From positions 7,479 to 71,478 of the forward strand of contig NZ_DATMLW010000198.1 of NCBI RefSeq assembly GCF_035570375.1: a stretch of 64,000 bases of DNA, read 5' to 3'. A program made the position numbers and the translations under genes. The first letter of the stretch is position 1; each line of letters starts with the position of its first letter. Positions 30,158 through 40,255 of the stretch are shown here, piece after piece. The notes under the pieces are model-generated. The model ran no database searches and was not told where the DNA came from. It was given only the letters and a program-made list of their open reading frames with translations. The DNA is from Bradyrhizobium sp. GTDB taxonomy: Bacteria > Pseudomonadota > Alphaproteobacteria > Rhizobiales > Xanthobacteraceae.

Positions 30158-32029
30158 ATGAGCGCAGTAGAACGGCTTGAAGAGCAGGGTGACAAACCGG
30201 CGTCGGCTAAGGAATTGGCTTCAGACACATCTGCCACGACGGCTTCGGCCCTTGAAGAGGCGCTGGCGACATCGCCGGCCGGGCGCAGCGCGCGGCTTCG
30301 CCCCTTGCTTGCGCTTGCGCCCTATGTGGCGCGTTACCGCGGTCGCGTCACGCTTGCTTTCGTCGCGCTGACGATTGCCGCGGTGACCACCCTGATCGTG
30401 CCGGTCGCGGTGCGGCGGATGATCGACTTCGGCTTCACGCCGGAAGGCATCGCCAAGATCAACAGCTATTTCAGCGTCATGATCGCGGTCGTGGCGGTGC
30501 TCGCGACCGCCAGCGCCTCGCGATATTACCTGGTGATGACGATCGGAGAACGCATCGTCGCCGACGTGCGGCGCGACGTGTTTTCGCATCTGATGTCGCT
30601 GTCGCCGGCCTTCTTCGATTCCTCGCGCAGCGGTGAACTGATCTCCCGTCTGACCGCCGACACCACCCAGATCAAATCCGCCGCCGGCGCTTCGGTCTCG
30701 ATCGCGTTGCGTAATTTCATGCTGTTTGTCGGCGCCACGGCGATGATGGTGATCACGAGCCCGAGGCTTTCCGGCCTTGTGCTGCTGGCCATACCCCTGA
30801 TCGTGCTGCCGCTGGTCGCGTTCGGGCGATGGGTGCGGCGGCTGTCGCGCAATGCGCAGGACACGCTGGCGGAAGCCAGTGCCTATGCCGCCGAACTGGT
30901 CGGCGCGATCCGCACCGTGCAGGCCTATACCGGCGAGCGGCTCGCCAATGCGCGCTTTGGTGGCGAAGTCGAACAGGCCTATGAGGCGGCCCGCAATTCG
31001 ACGCGTGCGCGCGCCGTGCTCACCGCCATCATCATCTTCATCGTCTTCACCAGCGTCGTGGTGATTCTCTGGATCGGATCCAACGACGTGATGACCGGGG
31101 CGATCAGCGCGGGCAGGCTCGGACAGTTCGTGCTCTATACGGCGTTCGCCGCCGCCGCGCTCGGCCAGCTCAGCGAAGTCTGGGGCGAAGTCTCGGCCGC
31201 TTCGGGCGCAGCCGAGCGTTTGTTCGAAATCCTTCGCGTCAAGTCGGCGATAGCGGCACCGTCGTCGCCTCGCGCCTTGGCGGAACCTGCGCGCGGCGAT
31301 GTCGGCCTCGAGGGGGTCAGCTTCGCCTATCCGACGCGCCCCGGCACGCTTGCCGTGGACGGCGTCTCGTTCTCGGTGCGCGCGGGCGAGAAAGTCGCGA
31401 TCGTCGGCCCTTCAGGGGCCGGCAAGAGCACCCTGTTTCACCTGTTGCTGCGCTTCTACGACCCGGCTTCCGGCACGATCTCGTTCGATGGCGTGCCGAT
31501 CCGCGCCGCCGATCCAGGAGAGGTGCGCAAGCACATCGCGCTGGTGCCGCAGGAACCGGTGGTTTTTGCCGCGAGCGCGCGCGAAAACATCCGCTTCGGC
31601 CGGCCCGAGGCGAGCGACGCCGAAGTCGAGCGCGCCGCTGATCTCGCCCACGCCAGCGAATTCATCCGCCGCCTGCCCGGCGGCTTCGATGCGCCGCTCG
31701 GCGAGCGCGGCGTCACGCTCTCGGGAGGCCAGCGCCAGCGCATCGCGATCGCACGCGCCATCCTGCGCGATGCGCCGCTGTTGCTGCTTGATGAGGCGAC
31801 AAGCGCGCTCGATGCGGAGTCCGAGACGCTGGTGCAGACCGCGCTCGAGGAATTGATGCGTCACCGCACCACGCTCGTGATCGCGCATCGCCTTGCCACG
31901 GTGCTGTCCTGCGATCGCATCATGGTGATGGATCAGGGCCGCATCGTCGAGCAGGGCACCCATGCGTCGCTGGTTGCGGCCGGCGGGCTCTATGCGCGGC
32001 TGGCGCGGCTGCAGTTCGAGGGCGCGTGA
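30158..32029 (+). CDS. ABC exporter, fused TMD-NBD (MsbA/ExsA-like)
   Basis: 6 TM helices, [28 protein letters not shown]. Confidence 0.93.
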   Translation: MSAVERLEEQGDKPASAKELASDTSATTASALEEALATSPAGRSARLRPLLALAPYVARYRGRVTLAFVALTIAAVTTLIVPVAVRRMIDFGFTPEGIAKINSYFSVMIAVVAVLATASASRYYLVMTIGERIVADVRRDVFSHLMSLSPAFFDSSRSGELISRLTADTTQIKSAAGASVSIALRNFMLFVGATAMMVITSPRLSGLVLLAIPLIVLPLVAFGRWVRRLSRNAQDTLAEASAYAAELVGAIRTVQAYTGERLANARFGGEVEQAYEAARNSTRARAVLTAIIIFIVFTSVVVILWIGSNDVMTGAISAGRLGQFVLYTAFAAAALGQLSEVWGEVSAASGAAERLFEILRVKSAIAAPSSPRALAEPARGDVGLEGVSFAYPTRPGTLAVDGVSFSVRAGEKVAIVGPSGAGKSTLFHLLLRFYDPASGTISFDGVPIRAADPGEVRKHIALVPQEPVVFAASARENIRFGRPEASDAEVERAADLAHASEFIRRLPGGFDAPLGERGVTLSGGQRQRIAIARAILRDAPLLLLDEATSALDAESETLVQTALEELMRHRTTLVIAHRLATVLSCDRIMVMDQGRIVEQGTHASLVAAGGLYARLARLQFEGA

Positions 32030-32050
32030 AAGCTGCGGGAGGTTGACTGT

Positions 32051-32239
32051 TCAGTGCGGTGGTTTGGACCCGTCGTCCACCCATCCCTCTGCTGGTTTCC
32101 AACAATGTGTCTGTCCACAAGACGGGCATTCAAGCGGGACTGCGATAGAGGGTAATGATTCAAAGACGACCGTTTCGGTGTCCAGTCCGGTGGGCACGAA
32201 TTCGCCTGTCACCGGACAGCGGATCAAAATATCTGGCAC
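32051..32239 (-). CDS. Small zinc-ribbon-like hypothetical protein
   Basis: IRCPVTG..VPTG..CPSCGQTHCW; SD AGGA before GTG. Confidence 0.6.
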   Translation of the reverse strand: MPDILIRCPVTGEFVPTGLDTETVVFESLPSIAVPLECPSCGQTHCWKPAEGWVDDGSKPPH

Positions 32240-32515
32240 TCAAAATGTCCTGCTGAAAACAAGCCCGGCATTCTTAAAGAGGAGATTGAGGGTTGCTTCT
32301 TGCGAATTCACGCCAGAGATTTGTTATTTACCGCCAACCGCATTTGCCTCTTTGATTCTACTCCCCAATGTCCAGCAGGCGCGCAAGTAACAGCAAAAGT
32401 CCCACACGCGTAAAGGGCACAGTGAGCGGCCAGCGCCAGTCAGGCTAGTTGCCAAAGCCAGGGCAACCCGCCATCCCCACGCGTTCCGCGGGGGAGGGAT
32501 GACAAGGATGACGCG

Positions 32516-32725
32516 CTAGCGCTTCGGGCATTTCGGCGAAAGCATCGGCACGTTCGCCCAGATCCAGTTGTTCCATGAGCCGTCATCGCTGACGCAGGCC
32601 GATGCGGACGTCATCGCCGAGCCAGCGGCGGCATAATGCCGATCGACCCACACGGCCGACAAAAATCCCGCGACGATGACAGCCAGAAACGTCGCCGAGC
32701 CCATCGCAAATGCGGTTCGCGTCAT
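32516..32725 (-). CDS. Small membrane-anchored hypothetical protein
   Basis: SD GGAGG, one TM helix, C..DDGSW.NW.W.NVPMLSPKC. Confidence 0.65.
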   Translation of the reverse strand: MTRTAFAMGSATFLAVIVAGFLSAVWVDRHYAAAGSAMTSASACVSDDGSWNNWIWANVPMLSPKCPKR

Positions 32726-32736
32726 CGGACCTCCCA

Positions 32737-32806
32737 GAGCATGATCCGGACCCGAAGGGCCGCGTCAGCGCAAAGCGGAAACCGGTTTTCCGAAAAGATC
32801 ATGATC
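32737..32806. repeat. RIME/Bru-RS-like element (AGAGCATGATCC..GATCATG)
   Basis: Matches copies at 34981-35066 and 48820-48896. Confidence 0.75.
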
Positions 32807-32813
32807 CAGCCTC

Positions 32814-33266
32814 TCACGCCGCCTTCCATTCCATCTTCTTTACCGGACGGCCCGAAACCGGGTTGACGTCCTCGCCCCTGTGCACAAAGCCGTTGCGCTC
32901 GTAAAAGCGGATCGCGCGCGCATTGTCGGTATTGACGAGCAGCGTGATGGATACGGGCGAAAGCCGCTTCGCCTCGTCAAGGAGCATCGTCGCAAGCTCC
33001 GAGCCCCAACGATCCGGCGCAACCACGAGCTGGTCGAGATAGCCCTGTTGGTCGATGGTGACAAATCCGAGCAGCCTGTGTTCCTGCTGTGCGACGATGA
33101 TCGCCGCATTCGGCACCAGTTCGCTGCGCCAGCGCTCGCGCCACCATGGCAAGCGCGCGGCGAAATCGATTGCCGGATAGGCCTCTTGCCAGCTTGTCAG
33201 CCACAACGTGATTGCGGCCTCCTCGTCGGAGGCGCGATAGGGCCGCAGGGTGAAGTCTGAGGTCAA
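32814..33266 (-). CDS. GNAT acetyltransferase
   Basis: LDQLVVAPDRWGSELA, LLVNTDNARAIRFYERNGF; TTG 33266. Confidence 0.88.
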   Translation of the reverse strand: MTSDFTLRPYRASDEEAAITLWLTSWQEAYPAIDFAARLPWWRERWRSELVPNAAIIVAQQEHRLLGFVTIDQQGYLDQLVVAPDRWGSELATMLLDEAKRLSPVSITLLVNTDNARAIRFYERNGFVHRGEDVNPVSGRPVKKMEWKAA

Positions 33267-33274
33267 ACGCCGAC

Positions 33275-33403
33275 CGTCATGGCCGGGCTTGTCCCGGCCA
33301 TCCACGACTTGTTTTGTTGCGCGAGCGAAAGACGTGGATGCCCGGCAGCGCAGACAAGTTTACGCAGTCTGCGCAAAGCAGACTGCTGTGGCCGGGCATG
33401 ACG
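33275..33403. repeat. REP-like element (GTCATGGCCGGG..CCGGGCATGAC family) with nested insert
   Basis: Same family as 58642-58764; extra hairpin module at ~33346-33390. Confidence 0.78.
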
Positions 33404-33435
33404 ACCAGGTTGATTGAACGCGCTAAAAGCCACCA

Positions 33436-34461
33436 TTACCGTTCCGTCAGCTTCAGCTCGATGCGGCGGTTGCGCTTGTAGGCCTCTTCGGTCACCCCGA
33501 TATCGAGCGGCTGGAATTCGGCGAAGCCGGCCGCGACCAGCCGTTGCGCGGGCACACCCAGCGAAATCAGATATTGCACCACCGAGATCGCGCGCGCCGA
33601 AGACAGCTCCCAGTTCGACTTGAACAGCGGACTGTTGATCGGCCGCACGTCGGTATGGCCGTCAACCCGCAGCACCCAGGCGATTTCGCTCGGGATCTGC
33701 TTGTCGAGGTCGATCAGCGCGGCCGCGAGCTTGTCGAGCTCGGCGCGGCCTTCGGGCAAAAGCTGCGCCTGTCCGGTGTCGAAGAACACTTCGGACTGGA
33801 ACACGAAGCGGTCGCCGACAATCCGGATATCGGGGCGGTTGCCGAGAATGGCGCGCAGCCGGCCGAAGAATTCGGAGCGGTAGCGCGACAATTCCTGGAC
33901 GCGCTGCGCCAGCGCGACGTTGAGCCGCTGACCGAGATCGGCGATCCGCGTTTGCGATTCCTTGTCGCGTTTCTCGGACGCGTCGAGCGCCTCTTCGAGC
34001 GCGGCGAGCTGACGGCGCAACGCGCTGATCTGCTGATTCAAGACCTCGATCTGTGCCAGCGCGCGCGCCGTTACCTGCTTTTCGGAGTCCAGCGCCTTGT
34101 TGAGTTCGCCGGCGCGACCCGCGGCGTCGTTGCCGGCTCCCGCAAGGCCTTCGTAAAGGCCCTTGACGCGATCGCGCTCGGATTCGGCCGAAGCCAAACC
34201 TGCCCGCACCTGCGTGAGCGCGTCCTCCAGGTTGATCTTGCCGAGCTTCTCCAGCGAAAGCAGATCGTTCAACTCCGCGATTTTGGCATTGAGTTGCATG
34301 AGCGCCTTGTCCTTGCCGCTGACCTCCTGCGACAAGAAGAACTGCACCACCAGGAATACCGACAGCAGGAACACGATCGAGAGCACGAGCGTCGATAAGG
34401 CATCGACAAAGCCCGGCCAGTAGTTGAAACCGGATTCGCGTCGCACACGTGCCAGGGCCAT
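33436..34461 (-). CDS. MotB/OmpA-family peptidoglycan-binding protein
   Basis: YWPGFVDAL TM, coiled coil, VDGHTD..NWELSSARA..NRRIE. Confidence 0.9.
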   Translation of the reverse strand: MALARVRRESGFNYWPGFVDALSTLVLSIVFLLSVFLVVQFFLSQEVSGKDKALMQLNAKIAELNDLLSLEKLGKINLEDALTQVRAGLASAESERDRVKGLYEGLAGAGNDAAGRAGELNKALDSEKQVTARALAQIEVLNQQISALRRQLAALEEALDASEKRDKESQTRIADLGQRLNVALAQRVQELSRYRSEFFGRLRAILGNRPDIRIVGDRFVFQSEVFFDTGQAQLLPEGRAELDKLAAALIDLDKQIPSEIAWVLRVDGHTDVRPINSPLFKSNWELSSARAISVVQYLISLGVPAQRLVAAGFAEFQPLDIGVTEEAYKRNRRIELKLTER

Positions 34462-34498
34462 TTAGTTTTCTCCGGCGTGGAATCTATCCCAGGTTCGC

Positions 34499-34556
34499 AC
34501 CACCTTTCCCCAGCGGGGAGAGGTCGGATCGCGATAGCGATCCGGGCGAGGGGGCG
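34499..34556. repeat. Half element of the CCTCTCCC family
   Basis: CCACCTTTCCCCAGCGGGGAGAGGTCGGAT..ATCCGGGCGAGGGG, nearly identical to the left arm at 45171. Confidence 0.72.
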
Positions 34557-34586
34557 CCACTCTTGCGATGCGGCAAGAAATCATAT

Positions 34587-34961
34587 CTACCTCTTATTCG
34601 GAGCGTGGCAAACGGCCTCTATATTGTGACCGTCGGGATCGAGTATGAACGCGCCGTAGTAGTTCGGGTGATAATTCGGGCGCATTCCCGGCGGTCCATT
34701 GTCCTTGCCACCTGCCGCGATCGCTTCCTCGTAAAACCGGTCCACGGTTGCGCGGTCATCCGCCGCAAAGGCTATGTGTGCGCCGGTCTGGGAAGTTCCA
34801 CGCCTTCCGATCCAGAAGAAAGCTTTGGGCTGCACGCCATAGCCGGCGAACCGATCGCCTTCTGCATAAAGGCGCGTGATCCCGAGCGGACGCAACGCCC
34901 GGTCATAGAACTCCTTCGACCGACCGACATCCCTGACACCGATCGTGACATGGTCCAGCAT
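34587..34961 (-). CDS. VOC/glyoxalase-family protein
   Basis: MLDHVTIGV.D..S..FY, HIAF, GGKDNGPPG.R..Y...YYGAFILDPDGHNIEAV. Confidence 0.92.
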   Translation of the reverse strand: MLDHVTIGVRDVGRSKEFYDRALRPLGITRLYAEGDRFAGYGVQPKAFFWIGRRGTSQTGAHIAFAADDRATVDRFYEEAIAAGGKDNGPPGMRPNYHPNYYGAFILDPDGHNIEAVCHAPNKR

Positions 34962-34980
34962 GCTCGGGTTCCGTTACTAT

Positions 34981-35066
34981 TTTTGTTTGAGCATGATCTC
35001 CGCGCAAACGCGTTCTGTGTTTGTCGCGAGGAAAAACCGCTTCCCACTTTTTCGGATCATGCTCTA
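34981..35066. repeat. RIME/Bru-RS-like element whose end overlaps the stop codon of the MotA-like gene
   Basis: GAGCATGATCT..GGATCATGCTCTAA. Confidence 0.75.
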
Positions 35067-36056
35067 ACTTTTCTCGGGCTGCCTTGCGAGTCGCTCCAGG
35101 AGCCGCTTGATCTCGCGATTCTGCTCGCCCTGTCCGTCGGCCCATTCCCGGATCATCTGCTGCTCGGTGCGCATGTGCGTGACGAGGCCCTGAATGGCTT
35201 CGGCCAGATTGGCCATCGCAGCCGTGGTGCCGCGGCTTGCACCGCCTTCTTCCAGCGACTGCCGCAACCGGTCGACCGCGGCTTGCAATTCACCGCTCGA
35301 TCCCTTCTCGCCGGCATAGTTGCGTACCGTGGAAGCCAGCCAGTCTTCGAGCTCGGTGTAGAAGCGGTTTTGCGCCTGGCTCGACTGCAGGTCGAGAAAG
35401 CCGAGGATCAACGAACCTGCAAGACCAAACAGCGAGGATGAAAACGAAATGCCCATGCCGCCGAGCGGCGCGGCAAGGCCTTCCTTCAGCGTGTCGAACA
35501 GCGCGCCGGCGTCGCCGCCGACCTTCAGACCATCGATCACCTTGCCGACCGAGCCCACGGTCTCGATCAGGCCCCAAAAGGTGCCGAGCAGTCCGAGGAA
35601 TACCAGAAGGCCGGTCATGTAGCGGGAGATGTCGCGCGCTTCGTCGAGACGCGTGGCGATGGAATCGAGCAGGTGCCGCATGGTCTGCTGCGAGATGGTC
35701 ATCCGCCCGCTGCGCTCGCCACCCAGGATCGCGGCCATCGGCGCCAGCAGTGTCGGATGGCGGTCGATGGCAAGCCCGGGATCGGCGATTCGGAAATTAT
35801 TGACCCAGGCGACTTCCGGATAGAGGCGGATAATCTGGCGGAACGACAGGATGATGCCGATCAAAAGCACCGCGCAGATCAGCGCGTTGAGGCCGGGGTT
35901 GGCGAAAAAGGCCGCGACGATCTGCTTGTAGAGTACGATCGTGATCAACGCGCACAGCACGAGGAACACCAGCATCCGCACCAGGAAAATCCGGGGGAAG
36001 GAAAGCTTCGTCAATTCGATTTCCATCGAGGCGCGGGTGGAGGGGCCTTGAGCCAT
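35064..36056 (-). CDS. MotA/TolQ/ExbB-family membrane protein
   Basis: LGLLGTFWGL, GMGISFSSSLFGL; partner of the MotB-like gene. Confidence 0.88.
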   Translation of the reverse strand: MAQGPSTRASMEIELTKLSFPRIFLVRMLVFLVLCALITIVLYKQIVAAFFANPGLNALICAVLLIGIILSFRQIIRLYPEVAWVNNFRIADPGLAIDRHPTLLAPMAAILGGERSGRMTISQQTMRHLLDSIATRLDEARDISRYMTGLLVFLGLLGTFWGLIETVGSVGKVIDGLKVGGDAGALFDTLKEGLAAPLGGMGISFSSSLFGLAGSLILGFLDLQSSQAQNRFYTELEDWLASTVRNYAGEKGSSGELQAAVDRLRQSLEEGGASRGTTAAMANLAEAIQGLVTHMRTEQQMIREWADGQGEQNREIKRLLERLARQPEKS

Positions 36057-36242
36057 TGCTGGTATCTTCCTTGCGAGAAGCCGCTTTTGGGGTGGCAACA
36101 ATATGGCACAGCGCGCCCGAGAAAAAAGGCCGCTTAAGGTAGATCGAAAGAAACGCCTGGAACTTCCGCGTGAAGCCAGGCCGGCGTCTCGCGCGTATTG
36201 GTGCAAAGCTTTGAAGCCTCAGGCGGTTAACAGGGATTTTGG

Positions 36243-36510
36243 ATGATTTCCGGCCCCGCGGCGCTCGCGGGGATTGCGCTTTTGCTTTCGATTACCATTG
36301 CGGGCGGATGGCTGGTCCAGCATCGCACCGGCAACGCCGGTCGGGTCGATACGATCTGGACTTTCGCAATCGGACTCGTCGGCGCGGCGAGCGCGCTGTG
36401 GCCGATGGGATTGGGACCAAACGCGAGGCAATAGATGCGCGCGGCCTTAGCGATGATCCGGTCGCTCCGGCTCGGGCTGCATATCGCGATACCGACGGCA
36501 GGCATCGAAT
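36243..36510 (+). pseudogene. DUF1295 (steroid 5-alpha-reductase-like) gene remnant
   Basis: WLVQHRTGNAGRVDTIWTF..ARQ*..RSLRLGLHIA; TAG at 36432-36434 where Trp is expected; truncated before the D.RY motif. Confidence 0.72.
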
Positions 36511-36705
36511 CGGAAGCGGCCAAACCGTTTTCGAAAGGCAACCCGACGTTCCCTTTCACTCAACCTAGACGGGTTTTCTGGAAATAGTAAACTAGCCGAC
36601 GTTGTCTTTCTCATCGACGCAGGATCGCAGGCCCGCTTTATTGCCGTCATGGATTGCTGAGCTAGGCTAGCCGTGACTTAGCCGGGACTTTTTGAGAGAT
36701 TTCGA

Positions 36706-38151
36706 TTGACGCTGTCGAGACGATCCGTCCTCAAGGGAGGACTTGCGACGGCACTGGTTTGTGGCAGGCTGCCGGCCCGTGCCGAGTATTCTCCAAGGTC
36801 TATCATCAACGACGCCAGCCGGCTGAACCCGACGCCGGTGGCGAGGCATATCGCCTTGAAGGCGGCCCCCTCTGACGATCTGGTCGGCCGAATCCGTCAG
36901 GAGATTGCTGCCGCCGTGGCCCAGAAGCGTTCCTTCGCGATCGGAACGGCTCGCCATTCGATGGGTGGCCAGTCGATCCCGAAGGATGGCATCGCCATTA
37001 CGCTCACCGGCGGGCACATCGACATCGATAGTGCGCGGATGACGTATCGCGTCGGCGCGGGGATGCGCTGGTTCGAGGTGATCCGTTCGCTCGATGCGCA
37101 TGGCTTCTCTCCGGCCGTGATGCAGTCCAATAGCGACTTCGGGGTCGGCAGCACGTTCTGCGTCAACTCACACGGTTGGCCTACGCGGTTTGGTCCGTTC
37201 GGCTCGACAGTGCGATCGGCGCAGATTGTCCTCGCCGACGGACAGTTGGCCGAATGCTCGCGCACCAAGGAACCTGAACTGTTTGCGCTCGCGCTCGGAG
37301 GCTATGGGCTATTCGGCGCGATCGTCGATCTCGAGCTCGACATGGTACCGAACGCGCTTCTGGAGCCCTCTTATGTTCGGATGAACCCGTCGCGGTTCGC
37401 TGAAGCCTTCATCAATGCGGTGGAGAACGACCCCACCGTGCGGATGGCCTATGGGCGGCTGTCGGTGGCGCGCGAAAGCCTGTTCGACGAGGCCTTGATG
37501 ATCGTGTTTCGCCCGGCCGCCAAACAGCCTTCACCCCTTCCGGCCGTGGTTGATCACGGTGCGCTGACCGGGGTCTCGCGCAATCTCTACCGGTTCCAGA
37601 CTGGGCGCGAATGGGCCAAGAATTTTCGCTGGTTCATCGAGGCCTCCGTGAATCCGTCGATCTCGAGCCCGGCTACCCGCAACGCGTTGATGATCGAGCC
37701 GGTGGTCAACCTTGCTTCGGGGGATTCCAGCCGGACCGATATCCTGCACGAATACTTCATTCCGCCGGATCGCTTCACCGGCTTTGTCGATCTGTGCCGG
37801 GCCATCGTTCCGAAGGCGAAGGCCGAATTCCTCAACGCCACGCTGCGATACGTCGATGCCGATCCGGTTGCGGTGCTGGCCTACGCGCCGCAGAAGCGCA
37901 TCGCAGCCGTCATGTCGTTCTCGCAGGAGATCAGTCCAGAGGGGGAAGCCGACATGATAACGATGACGGAGGCGCTCATCGAAGGCGTGAAAGGTCTGGG
38001 CGGCAGCTTCTATCTTCCTTACCGTCTTCATGCGCGGCGTGATCAGGTGCGCTCGATCTATCCGCGCACGGAGGAATTCGTTGCCGCAAAGCGCCGGTTT
38101 GATCCCTCGCTCGTGTTCCGCAACATGATGTGGGACGCGTATTTTTCCTGA
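36706..38151 (+). CDS. Tat-exported FAD-linked oxidoreductase (VAO/PCMH, DprE1/GULO-like)
   Basis: SRRSVLK Tat motif, ARHSMGGQ, NSHG, LGGYGLFG, FYLPY, KRRFDP..F.N. Confidence 0.88.
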   Translation: MTLSRRSVLKGGLATALVCGRLPARAEYSPRSIINDASRLNPTPVARHIALKAAPSDDLVGRIRQEIAAAVAQKRSFAIGTARHSMGGQSIPKDGIAITLTGGHIDIDSARMTYRVGAGMRWFEVIRSLDAHGFSPAVMQSNSDFGVGSTFCVNSHGWPTRFGPFGSTVRSAQIVLADGQLAECSRTKEPELFALALGGYGLFGAIVDLELDMVPNALLEPSYVRMNPSRFAEAFINAVENDPTVRMAYGRLSVARESLFDEALMIVFRPAAKQPSPLPAVVDHGALTGVSRNLYRFQTGREWAKNFRWFIEASVNPSISSPATRNALMIEPVVNLASGDSSRTDILHEYFIPPDRFTGFVDLCRAIVPKAKAEFLNATLRYVDADPVAVLAYAPQKRIAAVMSFSQEISPEGEADMITMTEALIEGVKGLGGSFYLPYRLHARRDQVRSIYPRTEEFVAAKRRFDPSLVFRNMMWDAYFS

Positions 38152-38238
38152 AGGAGCCCGGAATGTGGACCGTGCTCGCCTGAATCAGGACGTCCGCTTT
38201 TCCGCGCTATCAGCGGACATTCATCGGTCGGCGGTTTG

Positions 38239-39033
38239 TCAGCCTCCCAGCGGCTTTAAAATCTTCACCAGCTCCGCGTGGACGAATTCGTTGCCGCAGA
38301 TCACGTTGCGGGTGACGAGCGGGTCGTCATCGCCGGCAATGCCGGAGACGATGCCGCCGGCCTCGCGGACCATGATCTGCCCCGCGGCCATGTCCCAAGG
38401 CTGAAGGTTGCGTTCCCAGTAGCCGTCGAGGCGGCCGGCGGCGACGAAGGCCATGTCGAGCGAGGCTGCGCCAAACCGGCGCAGACCGGCCACCCGGTTC
38501 TGGAGCTCGGCCATCTCGGCGCGCGACAGTTCGTGGTCGCCGCGCCCGATATGCGGCAATCCACATGCGATCACGCAATCGGAGAGCTTGCGCCGGCCGG
38601 CGACGCGCAGCCGCTGATCGTTGAGGAAGGCGCCCTTGCCGCGCTCGGCGATGTAAAGCTCGTCATTGGCGGGATTGTAGATCACGCCCGCGATCACCGT
38701 GTCCTCGCGCCGTAGCGCAATCGAGATCGCGAATTGCGGGATGCCGTGCAGGAAATTGGTGGTGCCGTCGAGCGGGTCGACGATCCAGGTGTGGGTCTTG
38801 TCGGCGCCCTCGCGCGTGCCGCCTTCCTCGCCGATGAAGCCGTAACCCGGCCGCGCCCTGGCGAGGTCCTCGTAAAGGATCTCTTCGGCGCGGCGATCGG
38901 CGCGGCAGACGAAATTGGCCGGCCCCTTGAGCGACACCTGGAGATTTTCCACTTCCCCCAGGTCGTGCTTGAGGCTGCGGCCGGCGTGGCGCGCGGCTTT
39001 CACCATGACGTTGATAAGGGCTGAGTGCAGCAT
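38239..39033 (-). CDS. suhB: Inositol monophosphatase family protein
   Basis: GEE, WIVDPLDGTTNF, WDMAAG. Confidence 0.93.
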   Translation of the reverse strand: MLHSALINVMVKAARHAGRSLKHDLGEVENLQVSLKGPANFVCRADRRAEEILYEDLARARPGYGFIGEEGGTREGADKTHTWIVDPLDGTTNFLHGIPQFAISIALRREDTVIAGVIYNPANDELYIAERGKGAFLNDQRLRVAGRRKLSDCVIACGLPHIGRGDHELSRAEMAELQNRVAGLRRFGAASLDMAFVAAGRLDGYWERNLQPWDMAAGQIMVREAGGIVSGIAGDDDPLVTRNVICGNEFVHAELVKILKPLGG

Positions 39034-39067
39034 GATCTCGGCAACTTGTTTCAGCGAAATTGGTGCG

Positions 39068-39152
39068 CCCTCCCTTCGGGAGAGGGCTCGGGTGAGGGTC
39101 GCGGTTTCAGTGAGGTTCGAGACCCCTCACCGACGTCTCCCAGGCGGGGAGA
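39068..39152. repeat. CCTCTCCC-family palindromic element, degenerate
   Basis: CCCTCCCTTCGGGAGAGGG..GGGTGAGGG / CCCCTCACC..TCTCCC. Confidence 0.65.
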
Positions 39153-39201
39153 GCTAATGAGAGATGTGCGTGCCCTGTGGCTGCGGCGGCGTCAAGGTAG
39201 A

Positions 39202-40248
39202 TCATTTGCTGCCGAACCATCTGCGCACCGCTACTTCCGCCCGGGCGCGTTCCTCCGGGCTGAGATTGGAAAGCGCGTTGTCGAGTTCGGGATCGCCCTT
39301 GCCGGCGGTTTTCGCAATGGTGTGCCATTTGAGCGCCTCGGCCCTGTCGACCGGCGTGCCCTGTCCGCTGGCAAGTACGCGGGCGAGGCGGTTCTGGGCG
39401 ACCGGATTGTTCTGTTTGGCCGCCTTTCGTAACAGCGCGACCGCGGCCACCTCGTTCTTCGGCGTGCCGGTGCCGTTGAACAGCGCGATCGCATATTCGA
39501 CTTCGGCATCGGCATTGCCGGCGAGCGAAGCCGCCTGTAACAGGCTCGCCGCCCTTTCGGCGTCCTTGGGCACGCCGGTGCCTTCCTTGTAAAACGTTGC
39601 GAGCGCGTATTGGGCTTCGGGATTGCCCGCATCCGCAGCGATGCGAAGCAGTTCCGCCGAGCGGCGCAGGTCCTGCGGCAGCGTCTGCCCGTCGAGATAG
39701 AGCAAGGCGAGATTATAGGCCGCCTTTGGATTGCCGAGCTTGGCGGAGGAGGCCAGCAATTTCGCCGCTTCCTCGCGATCGACCGCGCCGCCGCGGCCGG
39801 CGAGCCGAAGCATGGCGAGTTCAAACATGGCCTCGCGATCGCCGAGGTCGGCGGCGCGCTTGAACCATTCGGCAGCCTTCGCATCGTCGCGCCTGACGCC
39901 CATCGCGTTGGCGTAGAGCTCGCCGAGCATGGTCATGGCCTTGGGGTCGGCATTCTCCTGCGCGCGTTTGGTCGCAAGATCAAACGTGGTCTTGTAGAAA
40001 CCGCGTTGATAGGCGCCATAGACGAGATCGGCATTGGGATCATCGGGGGCAGGCGTCGCCGTTGCGGCGGGCGAGGCAGGTGGCGGCGTGGCGGGCTTCC
40101 TTGCAGCCGGTGCCGGACTTGCCTTCGGCCTTGCCGCGGGCTTGCTCGAGTCCGGTGGCGCCTGGTTGGCTGGCGGCGTTTGCGCCGCCGCGCCTGCCGT
40201 CAATGCCAGGACGAATGCGAGCGCGAGGATCGGGCGCAGCATGTTCAT
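39202..40248 (-). CDS. Secreted Sel1-repeat protein
   Basis: Signal peptide, Pro/Ala linker, repeated A..LG.LY..G.G...D..A..W..AA..G. Confidence 0.9.
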   Translation of the reverse strand: MNMLRPILALAFVLALTAGAAAQTPPANQAPPDSSKPAARPKASPAPAARKPATPPPASPAATATPAPDDPNADLVYGAYQRGFYKTTFDLATKRAQENADPKAMTMLGELYANAMGVRRDDAKAAEWFKRAADLGDREAMFELAMLRLAGRGGAVDREEAAKLLASSAKLGNPKAAYNLALLYLDGQTLPQDLRRSAELLRIAADAGNPEAQYALATFYKEGTGVPKDAERAASLLQAASLAGNADAEVEYAIALFNGTGTPKNEVAAVALLRKAAKQNNPVAQNRLARVLASGQGTPVDRAEALKWHTIAKTAGKGDPELDNALSNLSPEERARAEVAVRRWFGSK

Positions 40249-40255
40249 TCCGGCG

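Noticed and set aside
33267-33305. MDGRDKPGHD extension of the GNAT protein
   Set aside because: Translation of a REP arm with no SD; treated as an ORF-calling artefact
33436-36056. Flagellar stator motAB
   Set aside because: Long coiled coils and non-flagellar context; only family-level similarity, so no symbol was given
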